Source: the human T2T-CHM13v2.0 reference genome, Homo sapiens
Strand: one strand, 5' to 3'
Assembly: GCF_009914755.1 (NCBI RefSeq)
Contig: NC_060947.1
DNA length: 64,000 bases
Made by a program: the position numbers and the translations under genes. Within the stretch, counting starts at the first letter, position 1; each line of letters begins with the position of its first letter. The notes under the pieces were generated by a model. The model did no database searches and was not told the DNA's origin. It was given only the letters and a program-made list of their open reading frames with translations. Below are positions 11,717 to 28,083 of this stretch, in pieces.

Positions 11717-14700
11717 GGGTCTTTTGTGGTTCTGTACAAATTTTAAGACTGCTTTTTCTATTTCTGTGAAAAATGTTATTGGTATTTTGATAGGTAATAC
11801 ATGAAATCTAGTAGTATTGATATTTTAACAATATGAATTCTTCCATTCTATGAACATGGGATAGATACCTTTTCATTTTTTGTGTGTCTTCTTCAATTCC
11901 TTTCATCAGGGTTTTACAGTTGTCAGTATAGAGATCTTTCACCTCTTTGGTTAAATTTGTTCCTAGATATTTATTTTTATTATAGCTATTGAAAATGAAA
12001 ATGCTTTTATGATTTCTCTCTCGGATTGTTAGCTCTTGGTATATAGAAATGCTACTGATTTTTGTATGTTGGTTTTGCTTCTTGCAACTCTACTGAATTT
12101 GTTGATCAGTTCTAACAGTTTTTTGGTGGAGTGTTTAGGTTTTTCTAAATATAACATTATATCGTCTACAAACAAGGGGAATTTGATTTCTTTTTTTCTA
12201 ATTTGAAGGCCCTTTGCTTAATTGCTCCATCTTGGACTTCCAGGACTGCATTTAATAGAATTGATGAAAGTGGGCATGCTTGTCTTGTTCCAGATCTTAG
12301 AGGAAAGGCTTTCAATTTTTTCCCATTTGGTGTAATGTTAGCTGTGGGCTTGTCATATATAACATTTACTGTTTTGAGGTATGCTCCTTTAAACCAAATT
12401 TGTTGAGAGTTTTTATCATGAAGGGATGTTGAATTTTATTCAATGCTTTCTTGACATTTATTGAAATAAATATATGGTTTTTGTCTTTCCTTCTGTTAAT
12501 GTGGTGTATCACATTTATTGATTTCCATATGTTGAACTATCTTTGTGTTCCTAGGATGAATCCCCCTTGGGCATGACAAATACTCATTTTAATGTGTTGT
12601 TGAATTTAGTTTGCTAGTACTTTGTTGAGGATTTTTGCATCTATATTCATCAGCGAAGTTGGCCTGTAGTTTTCTTTTTGCTGTTGTTGTGTCTTTGTCT
12701 GGTTTGGGTATTGGGATAATGCTGGTCTTGTAGAATGAGTTTGGAAACATTCTTTTCTCTTCAATTTTTTGCAATATTAAATAGTTTCAGTATAATTGGT
12801 GTAAGTTTTTCTTCAGCAGTGAAGTCATCAGGTCCTGGACTTTTATTTAATGCCAGACTTTTTACTACTGCTTCAATCTCATTACTAGTTATTGGTCTGC
12901 TCAAGTTTTCTATTTCCTCATAGTTCAATCTTGGTAAGTTGTATGTGTCCAGAAATTTATCCATTTCTTCTAGTTTTTCCAGTTTGTTGGCATATAGTTG
13001 ATCATAATAGTTTCTAGTGAAACTTTGTATTTTTGTGTTATCAGTTTTAATGACTCTTTTCATCTTTGATTTCAATTATTTGGGTCTTCTCTCATTTTTT
13101 TTCCTTAGTCTAGCTAAAGATTTTAAATTTTATCTTTCAAAAAGCCATTTTAAAAATTTCATTGGTCTTTCATATTGTTTTCTTTTTCTCAATATTATTT
13201 ATTTCTATGATTATTATTATTATTTTCCTTCTACTAATTTTGGGTTTGGTTTGCTCTTGTTTTTCTATGTCCTTGAGTTACATCATTACCAGGTTTATTT
13301 GAGTCTTTCTTTTTTGATGTAGGCATTTATAGCTATAAACTTCTCTCTTAGTACCGCTTTTGTTGTATCCCATTCATTTTGGTATGTTGTTTCCATTTTC
13401 ATTTGTTTCAATAAATTTCCTTCTTAATTTCTTCATTGACTTATTGGTTGTTCAGGAGCATGTTGTTTAATTTCCATGTATTTGTATAGTTTCAAACGTT
13501 CCTCTTGTCATTGATTTCTAGTTTTATTCTACTGTAGTCAGAAAAGATACTTAATATAATTTTATTTTTTTAAATGTTGAGACTTGTTTTCTGGCCTAAT
13601 ATATAGTCTATCCTGGAGAATGTTCCATGTGCTGATAAGAAGAATGTATATTCTGTAGTAGTTGGATAAAATGTTCTGTAAAATGTCAGGTAGGTTCATC
13701 TGGTCCAGAGTATATTCCCGGATGAACTGGAGCTCCTTTATATGTTATTTGCTTCTTTTTTCTTGCTCTTTTTAGGATCCCCTCTTTGTCTTTGACCTTT
13801 GAGAGTTTAATTATTGTATGCCTTGGGGTAGTCTTATTTGGGTTGAATCTGTTTGGTGATCTTCAGCCTTCCTATAACTGGATACTTACATCTCTCTGTA
13901 GGTTTGGAAATATTTTCTGTTATTTCTTTGAGCTTTTTATTCATTGCTCTTTCTCTCTTGAAGGCCCATGACTCTTAGATTTGTTCTACTGAGGCAGTCC
14001 TCTAGATCTTGCAAGTGTTCTTCATTCCTTTTAATTATTTTTTGTCCTTTGACTGTGTATTTTCAAATAGCCTGTCTTTGAGCTCATTGATTGTTCGTTT
14101 TGCTTGATCAGTTCCGCTGTTTAGACTTTCCAGTGCATTTTTTTTTTCCGTTCAGTTGTATTTCTCAGCTCCAGCATTTCTGGTTTTTTAAATTATTATT
14201 TTGATTTCTCTGTTAAATTTATCTCATAAATTTCTCAGTTGCTTTTTTGTGTTCTTTGAGTTTCCTCAGAACTTTTATTTTGAATTATTGATTTGAGAGC
14301 TACAATTTGCCATCTCATTAGGGTTGGTCACTGGCTCCATGCTGTTTCCATTTGGAGAGGTCATAGCTCCCTATTTGCTCTTGTTTTTTATGCACATATA
14401 TCTATGTCTTTGTATGAATGCTAAGTTATTTATTCCAGTCTTTGTGTCTGGCTTAGTTTGGTTTTTCAGGAGTATGCCTGTCTAAAGGTTATGTATGAAT
14501 TAGAGCTTCCTTACTCTGAGATTACTGCCTCTTTTTTGGCACTAGATGGTGCTGTAAGCCCAGATTTGCTGCAGCTCTTGCAACGGCTTGGATTACTGCC
14601 TATTCCCGATTTGGGGGAGGTCCCAAACTGGATATCCTGGTTGGGTGAGACATCTGGTTAGGATTTTGTGTCCAGAGGAACCACGGGCTGAACATTCTCT

Positions 14701-15189
14701 CTCATTTGGTGTCTTCTTTGGCTTAGATGAAGAGCAGCCAATGTGTTTTGCATGCTGGGGTTGCTAGCCCCGCCTCCATCCTTTGTCTCTAGCTGCCCTC
14801 AGGATTTTTTTACCCTAGAGGCAATCAGGCTGCTTCCCACGGATTGAGGCAGGAATGATTTTTCTGCAAAGGAACCCAAGATGGTGGGAAAGCTGGCTCT
14901 TCATCTAGATGTCACTTTTTCTGATGTACATACTGTCAGTCTGGGGGAACTTTTCTGCATGGTGCCTGGCAGCTTGGGAAGGGGATGCTGCAGTTAAACA
15001 GGCCCATTTTTGTTATCTTCTGCTTGCAGTTTTTCTCTTCTATGTGGCCACTCAGATCCTCACAGCCTCTGTTTTGAGTTATGGGATATTCCTGGTGATA
15101 AGCTAGACACTGAATAGTTGTTTTTGGTTTTTCTGGAGGAGAGTGAAGCCAGATTGCTTCTATCCACCATTTTGGTGATATCACTCTAA

Positions 15190-15580
15190 TCATGTTTTTT
15201 TTTTTTTTTTTTTTTTAATAAAGCCCCTGTGTGCTGGGGCATCAATGATGGTCACAGGATATTTTTGGCCTCAGGTTTCTTTAGGAGATATCAATGGTGA
15301 TATTCCATTCATGTTCAGTTTATAGTTATCCAAGACCCAAGCATACTCAAATGAGCCCTTTCCCATCTCAGCAGGTTCTTTCTCAAATTTTTCAATGGTT
15401 CCTTTGTTGATCACATCACATTTATAGATCAGATGACCAGTAGTGTTGAACTTTCCTGAGTCTACATGTCCAACGTTGATGATAGTGACATGAACCTTTT
15501 CCTTTCCCAATTTTGGCTTAGATTTAGCAGTGATTTTCATGATACTTGTGTTATGACAGCAAACCAACTGTGAATAAAGC
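15190..15580 (-). pseudogene. EEF1A1 processed pseudogene, 5' segment including 5'UTR
   Basis: [19 protein letters not shown]...GHLIYKC...[20 protein letters not shown], then VTIIDAP; upstream sequence resembles the spliced EEF1A1 5'UTR. Confidence 0.93.
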
Positions 15581-15829
15581 AATTCTATATATCTTAACGC
15601 TCATAAAACATTTGACCATGTTTTATGATACTTATCTCTATTTATCCACATATTTAACTTTGTTTGCTCTTTATCCCATCTTGTCTCTCATGCCTTCCAT
15701 TCTGTATCACTTTTTTATTGTCTCAAGTATAACATTAGAATATTTTAGTGGACTTTTGCTAATGGTGAAGTTTCTCTGTTTATGCTTGTCTGAAAATGTA
15801 TTTCTTTCACCTTCATTCTTCAATAAAAT

Positions 15830-16590
15830 ATTTTTTAGATTTTCATTTTTATTATTATGTTAGAGCAAGTGAAGTAGCAGCAAAAGTGTCCATCATACAA
15901 TCTGGCTTTCCCTGGTCCTCAGGGCAAGGAGGAAACTTGGGCAGCAGACAATCACTCAATCCTGGCAGACTCTCAGAATCTCACTTGGACCCTAAAGTGC
16001 ATCTGCTTGGTGGCATTGTTCTTCATTTCTGTCTTCAGCATCCATTTTGACTTCATCCTTTGGATATAATGCATGTCTCACTTTCATGTAACAGCTGCTC
16101 CTGTGTTGCCAGTCTATCCCAGGGCTCTCTATTACTGAAGCACTCGGCCCATGGCCTCACAATATTTAGCAACTACCACAGCTCTTGACAAGCCAAATCA
16201 CTGTTTGTAGTATCTCATCAAGGAGTGATGACCCACTCTGGCATCAGAAGGCAGAATCAGTTCCATGCTTTCATCATCATATTCTAAGTCCTTTCCTAAG
16301 GGCGACTCCTCAGCCTCATTAGGGTCCTCCCCTTCCTTGTGATCTGGGTAGCTACTCCTAAACTCATACAAGTCTGCAAATTCCAAAGCAGCATCACCAT
16401 CTGTAAAAAGCTTACACCAGCTTTTGTCATATGTGCCTGTACAGCTTCTGTTGAGTAGAACTTCCCCTTCTCATTGCAACACAAGCAAATCTTCTCAACA
16501 CAAACTTTCTCTCCCAAGTAATTAATCAGTCCCTTAAGATCTGAAAGATATTCTATATCAGTAATAAAGAAGCAGTGGACTTTGGTCATA
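15830..16590 (-). pseudogene. ZNF622 (Rei1 family) 5'-truncated processed pseudogene (probably ZNF622P1)
   Basis: FFITDIEYLSDLKGLINYLGEKV..KICL.CNEKGK, MELILPSDARVGHHSLMRYYKQ, C-terminus YIQRMKSKWMLKTEMKNNATKQMHFRVQVRF* (stop 15975-15973), then UTR and A-rich tail. Confidence 0.9.
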
Positions 16591-16868
16591 CTTGTGTCAT
16601 TTTGTTAATTGCTTTCTTTCTTTTTTTTTTTTTAGATCCTTTGATCCTTTCTTCTTCTGTTGCATTCTTCCTTTATAGTTTGATGGCTTTCTGTAGTGGT
16701 ATGCTTTGGACCTTTTTAAAATGTTTTGTGTATCTACTATAGGCTTTTGCTCTGTGGTTACTATGAGGCTTACACAAAATTAGCAGGCTATTTTAAACTG
16801 ATAACAACTTAATTTTTATTGCATCCACAAACTCTACACTTTTATTCCCTTCCTCCTACATATTATTA

Positions 16869-17160
16869 TTTTTTTTGAGACAGGGTCTTGCTCTGTTGCC
16901 CAGGCTGGAGTGTAGTGGTGTGATCATTGCTTACTGTAGCCTTGACCCCCCCAGGCTCAAGCAGTCCTCCCACCTCCACCTCCTGAGTAGCTGGGACTAC
17001 AGGCATGCACCACCATGCTTTACTAATTTTTAAATTTTTTATAGAGATGAGATCTCACTATCCTGCCCAAGTTAGTCTCAAATGCCTGGGCTCAAGTGAT
17101 CCTCCCACCTTGGCCCCCACAAAGTGTTGGGATTACAGCCATGAGCCACTGTGCCCAGCC
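16869..17160 (-). mobile_element. Alu (AluJ-like)
   Basis: Antisense Alu dimer with diverged J-type positions. Confidence 0.9.
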
Positions 17161-17620
17161 TATTTTATGTTTTTGATGTGACAGTTTACATATTTTAATA
17201 ATTTGCATTCCTTAACACATTATTATAGCTTTAGTTTTTAAAATAGCTTTCTTTGTCTTTTATCTTTTATACTAAAGATATAATTAATTTACCCACTGCC
17301 ATTACACTACTAGAGTGTTTTGGATTTGACAATGTACTTATTTTTACTAGTGAGTTTTATCCTTTCATATGTTTTCATATTACTAATAAGCATCCTCTTT
17401 CTTCAGCTTGAAGAACTCCTACTAGCATTTCTTATAAAGCAGATCTAGCTTTTGTCTTTCTGAGAAAATCTTTATCACCCCTTCATTTCTGAAAGATAAA
17501 ATTACTGGATATAGTATTTTTCATTGCTAGTTTTTATTTCCTTTCAGGATTTTAAATCTATATTTTCACTCCCTTCTGGTCTACAATATTTCTTCTGAGA
17601 AATCCACTAATAATCTTATA

Positions 17621-18475
17621 CAAAGGATATGAACAGACACTTCTCAAAAGAAGACATTTATGCAGCCAAAAGACACATGAAAATATGCTCATCATCACTG
17701 GCCATCAGAGAAATGCAAATCAAAACCACAGTGAGATACCATCTCACACCAGTTAGAATGGCGATCATTAAAAAGTCAGGAAACAACACGTGCTGGAGAG
17801 GATGTGGAGAAATAGGAACACTTTTACACTGTTGGTGGGACTGTAAACTAGTTCAACCATTGTGGAAGTCAGTGTGGCAATTCCTCAGGGATCTAGAACT
17901 AGAAATGCCATTTGACCCAGCCATCCCATTACTGGGTATATACCCAAAGGACTATAAATCATGCTGCTATAAAGACACATGCACACGTATATTTATTGCG
18001 GCACTATTCACAATAGCAAAGACTTGGAACCAACCCAAATGTCCATCAATGATAGACTGGATTAAGAAAATGTGGCACATATACACCATGGAATACTATG
18101 CAGCCCTAAAAAAGGATGAGTTCATGTCCTTTGTAGGGACATGGATGAAGCTGGAAACCATCATTCTCAGCAAACTATCGCAAGGACAAAAAACCAAACA
18201 CTGTATGTTCTCACTCATAGGTGGGAATTGAACAATGAGAACACTTGGACACAGGTAGGGGAACATCACACACCGGGGCCTGTTGGGGGGTGGGGGGAAG
18301 AGGGAGGGATAGCATTAGGAGATATACCTAATGTAAATGATGAGTTAATGGGCGCAGCACACCAACATGGCACATGTATACATATGTAACAAACCTGCAG
18401 GTTGTGCACACGTACCCTAGAACTTAAAGTATAATAAAAAGAAACAAAAACAAAACAAAACAAACAAACAAAAAG
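17621..18475 (+). mobile_element. 5'-truncated L1PA (PA4-like): ORF2 C-terminus, 3'UTR and A tail
   Basis: ORF 17629-18231 with [18 protein letters not shown]; L1 3'UTR; (AAAAC)n tail. Confidence 0.95.
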
Positions 18476-18779
18476 AAATGTTCTTTACATCCTCTCTCCT
18501 CATTCTTCCCATACTCAATTAACAGCCAGTCTTATATGCTTATCTTTAATTATACCCAACATCCTTCCATTTCTTTCCATTTCTGTCACCACCACACTGG
18601 TCTAAATAACTGTCTTCTTTTATCTGTATGACTGCAATAGCATCTTAACTGGTATCTCTGCCTCCACTCTTGCCCATGGATGCTGTGTGACACGATTCCA
18701 TATAATCAGTCTTTCCTAGAGTCCTAGAGTTTGGATATAAATGGGAGACCTGCTTTTGTCTCCCTACATTTATCATTTT

Positions 18780-19520
18780 CTAATTCATTCAACATACATT
18801 TATTTGAACATCTGCCACGTGCCAGGCACTGTTCAAAGTTCTGGGGACACAACATTGAACAATACCTCCAAAGTTTGTGTTCTTAATGAGCTTAACTTAT
18901 AGTCAGAGAAGATAGACAATAAAGAAATAAATATATAATATTTCAGGCACTGTTAAGTGCATTGAAAAAAAATGGTGGGAGCAATATTTACATACAGTGT
19001 TCAGGGAAAGCCTCACTGATAAAATGAAATTTGAGCAGCGTCCTGAAGGAAGTAAGAGAACTTGCATTAGAGTATCAGGGACATAATTTTAAGTAGAGAG
19101 AACAGAAACTGTAATGGTCTAGAGATAGGCACACATCTAGTCCATTTGAGAAGAACAAGGAGGTCAGTGTGGCTGAGGCAGGATTAACAGGAGACAATGG
19201 TAACAGATGAAGGCAGAGAGGTTGCAGAGGGTCAAATTTCGTAGGGTCTTGAAGGCCATGGTGAAGGCTTTGGAATTTACTGAGTGAGATGAAAATCCAC
19301 TGGAGGATCTGAAGCAGAGAACAGTGATCAGAATTGCAATTTGAAAAATTACTTTAGATGCAATGTTGGGAAAAGACTATATGAGGGTAAGGTTGGAAAC
19401 AGGAAGGCTTTGTATCAACTCTCATCTGAATTATTGCAATGGCTTCTTGCAATAATTCAGATGAGAAATGATGATAATTTAGATGTGGTTGGTAGTCACT
19501 GAGGTGTAGAGAAGAGGCTG
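18780..19520. mobile_element. L2 remnant
   Basis: cattcaaca..tatttgaac..gtgccaggcactg motifs; boundaries approximate. Confidence 0.65.
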
Positions 19521-19812
19521 GGGTGTGTGTGTGTGATTTATAGACTTGATTTTATTATTTTAATACCCTTTTATTATTACAGAAGCAGTGCATATGCAGT
19601 GCAGATAATTTGAAAATATAGCCAAATAACATTCAAAAAATAAAAACATCACTTTTATAGCATCTGAAGTGACACTGTATCCTCTCTTGGCTTGTAACCT
19701 GCTTTCCCTGGTCAATTATCTTCATCGTTCCATTTCAGTACATTTTCATCTTATTCAATACTAAGTCCATAATCAACCCTGACTATTTTTTGAAATGATA
19801 GCCAAGAGGATC

Positions 19813-22692
<2,880 letters not shown>

Positions 22693-22789
22693 GGATCCTT
22701 TACAGATTAGATGTTAATGTAAGAAAAAAAGAGTTGGAAAACTTCAAGATCTGTGACTGAATAACTGAAATAGGGAATGGTTTTACTTA

Positions 22790-23082
22790 TTTATTTTTTT
22801 GAGATCAAGTCTGACTCTGTTGCCCAGGCTGGAGTGCAGTGAGGCCATCTCAGCTCACTGCAACCTCCGTCTCCCCAGTTCAAGCGATTCTCGTGCCTCA
22901 GCCTCCTGAGTAGCTGGGACTGCAGGTGTGCACCACCACGCCTGGCTAATTTTTGTATTTTTAATAGAGATGAGGTTTTGCCATGTTGCCCAGGCTGATC
23001 TTGAACTCTGGGGCTCAACCAATCCACCTGCCTCAGCTTCCCCAAGTGCTGGGGTTACAGGAGTGAGCCACCATGCCCGGCC
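22790..23082 (-). mobile_element. Alu (AluS/J)
   Basis: Antisense Alu dimer. Confidence 0.9.
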
Positions 23083-23159
23083 AGGAATGGTTTTTGATTG
23101 CCATGGAGAAGGCTGAGCAATCAGCAGGTTTTGGGAAGGGGCAGGAATTAAGAGTCTAA

Positions 23160-24540
23160 TTGTGTGCATGTTAAGGTAGGGAGTTGATATGTAAATTTTG
23201 ACTTCAGGAGAGAGATCTGAGAATATCTCCAGATATTCAACTGGAATTATCTGCAGATAGATAGTACTTAAAATCATGAGGCTAAACAATGTCGTCACAG
23301 AGTGAGTATAAATAGAATAAAGAAGAAGTTGGAGAACTAATCCCTGGAGCACTCTAACCTTTAAAGATTAGGGGGATGAAGAAGGACTCGCAAAGTTGAC
23401 AAAGATTGGCAGTAAGTTTAGTAGAAAAGTGAAGAAAAGTGGTGTTAGAGAAACCAAGTGAGAACCTGTATCAACGATGGAGTAATCACCTCTCAAATAC
23501 TACTGAGAATTCAAATAAGATGAGGGCTAGTAATCAGTAATGTAAAGATCAATAATGACCTTGAAAATGTAGTTCTTATGAAATAATAGAGATAAAAGCT
23601 TCTTTGGAGTGGGTTAAAGAGGAGAGAATGGCAGGAAAAGATGCAAAGGCTGCAAGCAGGGACAATTATTTTAAGACGGTTTCTGTAAAGATAGGGGAGG
23701 AAATAATAGCATGATTGATGTTGATGAGATTAATCTAGTGGAGAGATAAATTGATGATGTAAGGGAGAAAAGGAGAAATTGCTGGAGCAACATTTTTTAT
23801 GAAGGGAGAAGAGATGGGAATCAAGTACAAAACTGGAGAGGTTGGCCTTAGGAGCACAGACACTCTATTTATTGTAATAAGTGTGCAGGCAGAGTATATG
23901 GGTACAAATGCCAGTAAATGTGATGTTGGGAGTCTGTGGAGGTTCATTGCACAGCATCAGCTAAGAGTGAAAATGGGCATTGGAGAATGGAAAAAAGGTG
24001 CTCGAGATTTAAGGAAAACACAGAAAATCTAAGATAGAGGTCCAGGAGAATGAGAAAGTCAGTGGACTAGGGAAATAGTCTATGGTTGCAATGCAGCAAT
24101 AAGGGCTTACTTGAGCTAGAAAGCAAGGTGGGAAAGTGACAAGTCATGCTTGTCCCTTCTTGTTCCTCAAACATGGTAAACTTTTTCCATTCTCAGGGCC
24201 TTTGCATTTTCTCTTCCCTCTGTCTGGAAACATCTTCTCTCAGAGCTCCATCAGCTGGCCTGTTATCATCATTTAGGTCTCAACTCCTCAAAGATGATTT
24301 CTATGACCACCACAGCTAATGTAACACTCTACCGTATTACTCTATCATATTATTCTCTCTACCATATTATTCTATTCTATCTTCTGAACAACACAATTGA
24401 GATTGCCTTATTTAGTTTTGTACTAACTTGTCTCTTGCTCTTTCCAATAGAATATAAGCTCCTGCTGTGCTGCACTCCAATGTGTACAAAAGTGTCTGGC
24501 ATGTAGTAGGTGTTCCATAAATATTTGTGACTGACTGACT
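23160..24540. mobile_element. L2 remnants
   Basis: Degraded L2 motifs (cagggcctttgca, gtaggtgttccataaatatttg); approximate. Confidence 0.55.
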
Positions 24541-24977
24541 CTCCTTATGTTTATATTCCACATTTCTCTGTACTACTTGACTGCTCAACCTCCCTCTACT
24601 CACCTAAAAATAAAATCATCCTACTTTGCCCTCTGGATCCCCAGTATCATGAAAACCAATCCTCCCCAAGTCCTTAACCTCTTTAACACGAACTTGCTTC
24701 TTCCTTCTGCCTTGCTTAAAGTTCTCTGATGAGACTAAGATTTCCCCTGCAGCTCATAAGGTTGATAGGTGAGGTTGACTTTCTTCCTGCTCCCCATTGC
24801 TCCTTCTTGTCCCTGATTCCTCTACCCTCTTGTAAACCTCTCTTCTCTCTATCTCACCAGAGTAAGAGTTTCAAGACACCTTGATTTTTCATCCTCTAAC
24901 TCTCATTGTTGGTGTCATCATCTGGTAAAGTCAAATGTCACAAGAGCAGAGCAAAGGAATAACCAATGCATTCATAC

Positions 24978-27900
24978 CTGTTTCTTAGAACATGTGGGGA
25001 GCTACTCATCCCATAATCCCAGAGCCTCTCCACTGCAGCAATAAAATAGTGTCGTGTTTTCTTTTGAAAGCTGCGGGGGCTCTGATTTTCATCCTCATCA
25101 TAAATGTCAAAATCTTCCTTCTTCATTTCAACTGATATGGTATCATCATAGTCAATTTCCTCTTGATCTGACTGAAGAGTAGTACGAGTTATTTCCCGTT
25201 GATGGCGTTTCAAGACTGGTGGGTTTTGAGAGCACAGCCTTTCAGTCCTACCTTGCTTTGCCCAGGTGACTTCTATTTCGGGCTTATTTTGTCCCTCATT
25301 TATTGCTGCTATTGCATGATTGCTTTCACAAGCGTTCAGGGACAAAATGGTATCCTTTTTCTTAAAAGCTGTTTTTTCTGGTGACTTCTCTTGGGATTTC
25401 CACTCTTCTTTTGGTATCTGAGTACCATAGTGGTTATCCCAAGCAAGAGGATCCAATAGCTTGGAGGGAGTCTTTGCAGAGCTTTCTGTTGCTACTCTCA
25501 GAAAGGGAACTTTTCCAGGTCTGTTTGCTTCATTCCACTTAATCGCTCCCTCTGTTCCCTGAAGAAGGCTCCCTTCCACGAGATCCAGATGGCCAGGAGA
25601 CCCATTGCTAGTTTCCGTAGGGAATAGGTCCTTCTGATAAATGTGAACTTTTGGAAGCAATTCAACTTTGCCAGATGTTTTGGGCAAGTCTGGTTTCGGG
25701 AGAACAGTGTTCTCAACTTTCTTGTATGTGACTGAATTTGTGGCACTTGTCCCCAGGGAGCCAACCTCTCTTTGATCACCAGTCATCTCCAAGGTTAGAA
25801 TGGCTAAAGAAAGGTTATTTTTTTTGGCTCCTTGTAAGAAATGACTGCTTTCTTGGACCCCAGAATCTTTCTTTCTATAAGATGCTGCTGGAAGATGAGA
25901 AGAGTTGTCTTGGAATAGGACCCTGGTCAGATATATAGGTCTAATAGATGGAAATGATGATACCTTTGCAATGGGTAATGGAGATCTATTTGCTTGAGGG
26001 ATGCTATGACTCCTCGTAAGGCAATCTGATAAGGGAGACTGAGTAATGGCCCCTTTCTCCTTCTCATTGTAGTCTATCTGTGTGAGGGTGCTCGGGGTCA
26101 AATGTTTCATGTTTTTGGACCACTGGGTTGAGGTGTCATCCACAATTATCCTTTTTTCAAGTTCTGTTTCTTCTAGTGGGAGTCTGAATTGTTTCAAAGC
26201 TCTCTTACTACGTTGCGTGACAAAATTCTGCTGGCTTGTATTAGGAGATATCCTTGTGGTGCATGCATATTTCTCTACAATTTGCTTGGTTTGATTTCCC
26301 AAGCCTTCCAAGTTTTCTTCCTCCCCTTTTTTTGAGAAATGAGCTGTGTGTTTCTTTGTTCTATTTGTTGAATCATTTAATGACCTAAAATCTTGAAGTA
26401 CTGGAGCATATGCCCCGTCATATGAACCTTCTACATTTTGCCTAGTGCTCAGTAAGAAAAGGTTCTTCATGAAATTCTTAGTGCCAGTCACTGTATGTAT
26501 CTGAGGCAAAACTACATTCTCTTGGATTAATGTTTCCTTCTTTTCTATTTCTTCCTGAATTTTTTTTTCTTGATTGTGTGTATTATTTTCATGTAAATTA
26601 TCCAAGTTAGTAAGAAATAGGTTTCTGCTGCTTGGAAAAACCATCTCTTTGAGTCCTACGTCCTTTGTAAATTCACCCTTTCCTACTACCACTTTGTTTT
26701 TCTCAGACAAGAAATTCTGACCTTCCACAGATTTTTCTGGTCCTAAGGATACTAATTGCTTTGGACTGGGGCCTTGCCCAGAGTTCAGAGAGTTCTTTCC
26801 ATGAGTCCTTTGTATCCACCTTGCTGATTCTGGCAAGAATAGCATCTTAAAGAACGACATATCTGGATTTTGTGCATCTGGTGGAATGGGGCCCTCTTTT
26901 TTCTGTTGGACCATTTCCATGTTTTTTGATGAAGTAGTTTTATTTGACATATGATTTAGCCTCAAAGCTGTAGCATTTTTGTCCATAAGCATTCTGTCAT
27001 GAATCAAAGGTGTCACTTTTTTAAACTCAGTGTCACTTTCTAATATATTTTGCCAGACTGATGGACTATTCTCAATTAATAATGATGGGCCATCAATGTG
27101 AGTCTTTCTATTAGTTGCTGAATTATTGGAAGTTTTGTTTGTCTTTAACAAAGAGATGCTAACTTTGAATAAGGCATTATCTTTAGTCAACAAAGCAGGT
27201 CCATGAGCTCTTTTCCCTTTAAATAACCTACCACTCTCTGTTGACGATACATTTTTTCCCCATGAACTTTCTTGGCTATTCATTAAACCTGATTCTAACA
27301 ACTTTGAATCATTATTTTCTTCACTCAAGCTCAGAGGTCCACCAGACTCAGTAAGGGGAGATGACTTTTTGCCAAATAGAGTGGTATCTAATTGACTATC
27401 ATAATGAACTGGCATACTTGGGGGTCCTAAGGAACTTGTATTATCAGTACCTGCTGCCAAATTGTCTGATGGAATTGTTGAAATCAGATTATTTGATGTA
27501 CTAGAAACTTTGAAATCAAGTTTCTTCAACTCTGTTGCTGCAGTTGTCCCCAGTTTCTCATTTAATCTTAATTGGAGGCCTGACTCAGGGGTAAATACCA
27601 TGTCCCCACTGTGATGGAGCTGTGGCCTGAAGTGTGTCATTTCAGACAGGCTGTTATTACTGTCTATTGCTCCAGGTGATGGATCATCAGAAAAAGTCTC
27701 ATATTTGGCTTCTTGGAGATCAGATAAGGATAGCCCATGTGGAGTAGGACTCTGTCGCAAGAGCATCAACAAATCACTAGAGGAGACATTTTGTATTTTA
27801 GGCATAGGTGTTCTGTGTGCAAACCAAGGGTCAGTCTTCTCTATGTCATTTTCTGGAATTGTGGTGGCATTAAATTGCTTTTGCCTAGTGCTAGGGTGTC

Positions 27901-28083
27901 TTGAATTCTGGGAGAAGCTTCTTGGTTCAATGGCATTGTTTTTACTCAGCAAGTATGCTGAAATATCTTCATAACTGTCCTCGTAATAATCACCAGTGTT
28001 CTTGTCACAACTAGAAACCTTCAGTAAGGCGGTCATGCCTCTGTTCCGAAAGTCTGAGTTGTGGCACCCCAGAATCCATAGAC
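24978..28083 (-). CDS. F8: F8 exon 14 (end of A2, a2, entire B domain, a3, start of A3), 3106 nt
   Basis: Open frame with EPR|SFSQN (thrombin R740), RHQR|EITR (furin R1648), SPR|SFQK (thrombin R1689) and many N-X-S/T sequons; cag|GTCTATGG acceptor, AG|gtatga donor. Confidence 0.99.

Larger units (their letters stand above)
6120..15188 (-). mobile_element. Old near-full-length L1 (L1MA-type) with internal deletions, hosting LTR5 and THE1
   Basis: L1MA 3'UTR at 6125-6380 and 7733-8000, ORF2 remnants ([30 protein letters not shown]), 5' end gagtgatatcaccaaaatgg near 15186; degenerate TSD aaaaa(t)acat..gat on both sides. Confidence 0.85.

Noticed and set aside
24938-28036. 1032-aa ORF as a standalone gene
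   Set aside because: It is F8 exon 14 read from an internal ATG into intron 14; splice sites are at 28083 and 24978.
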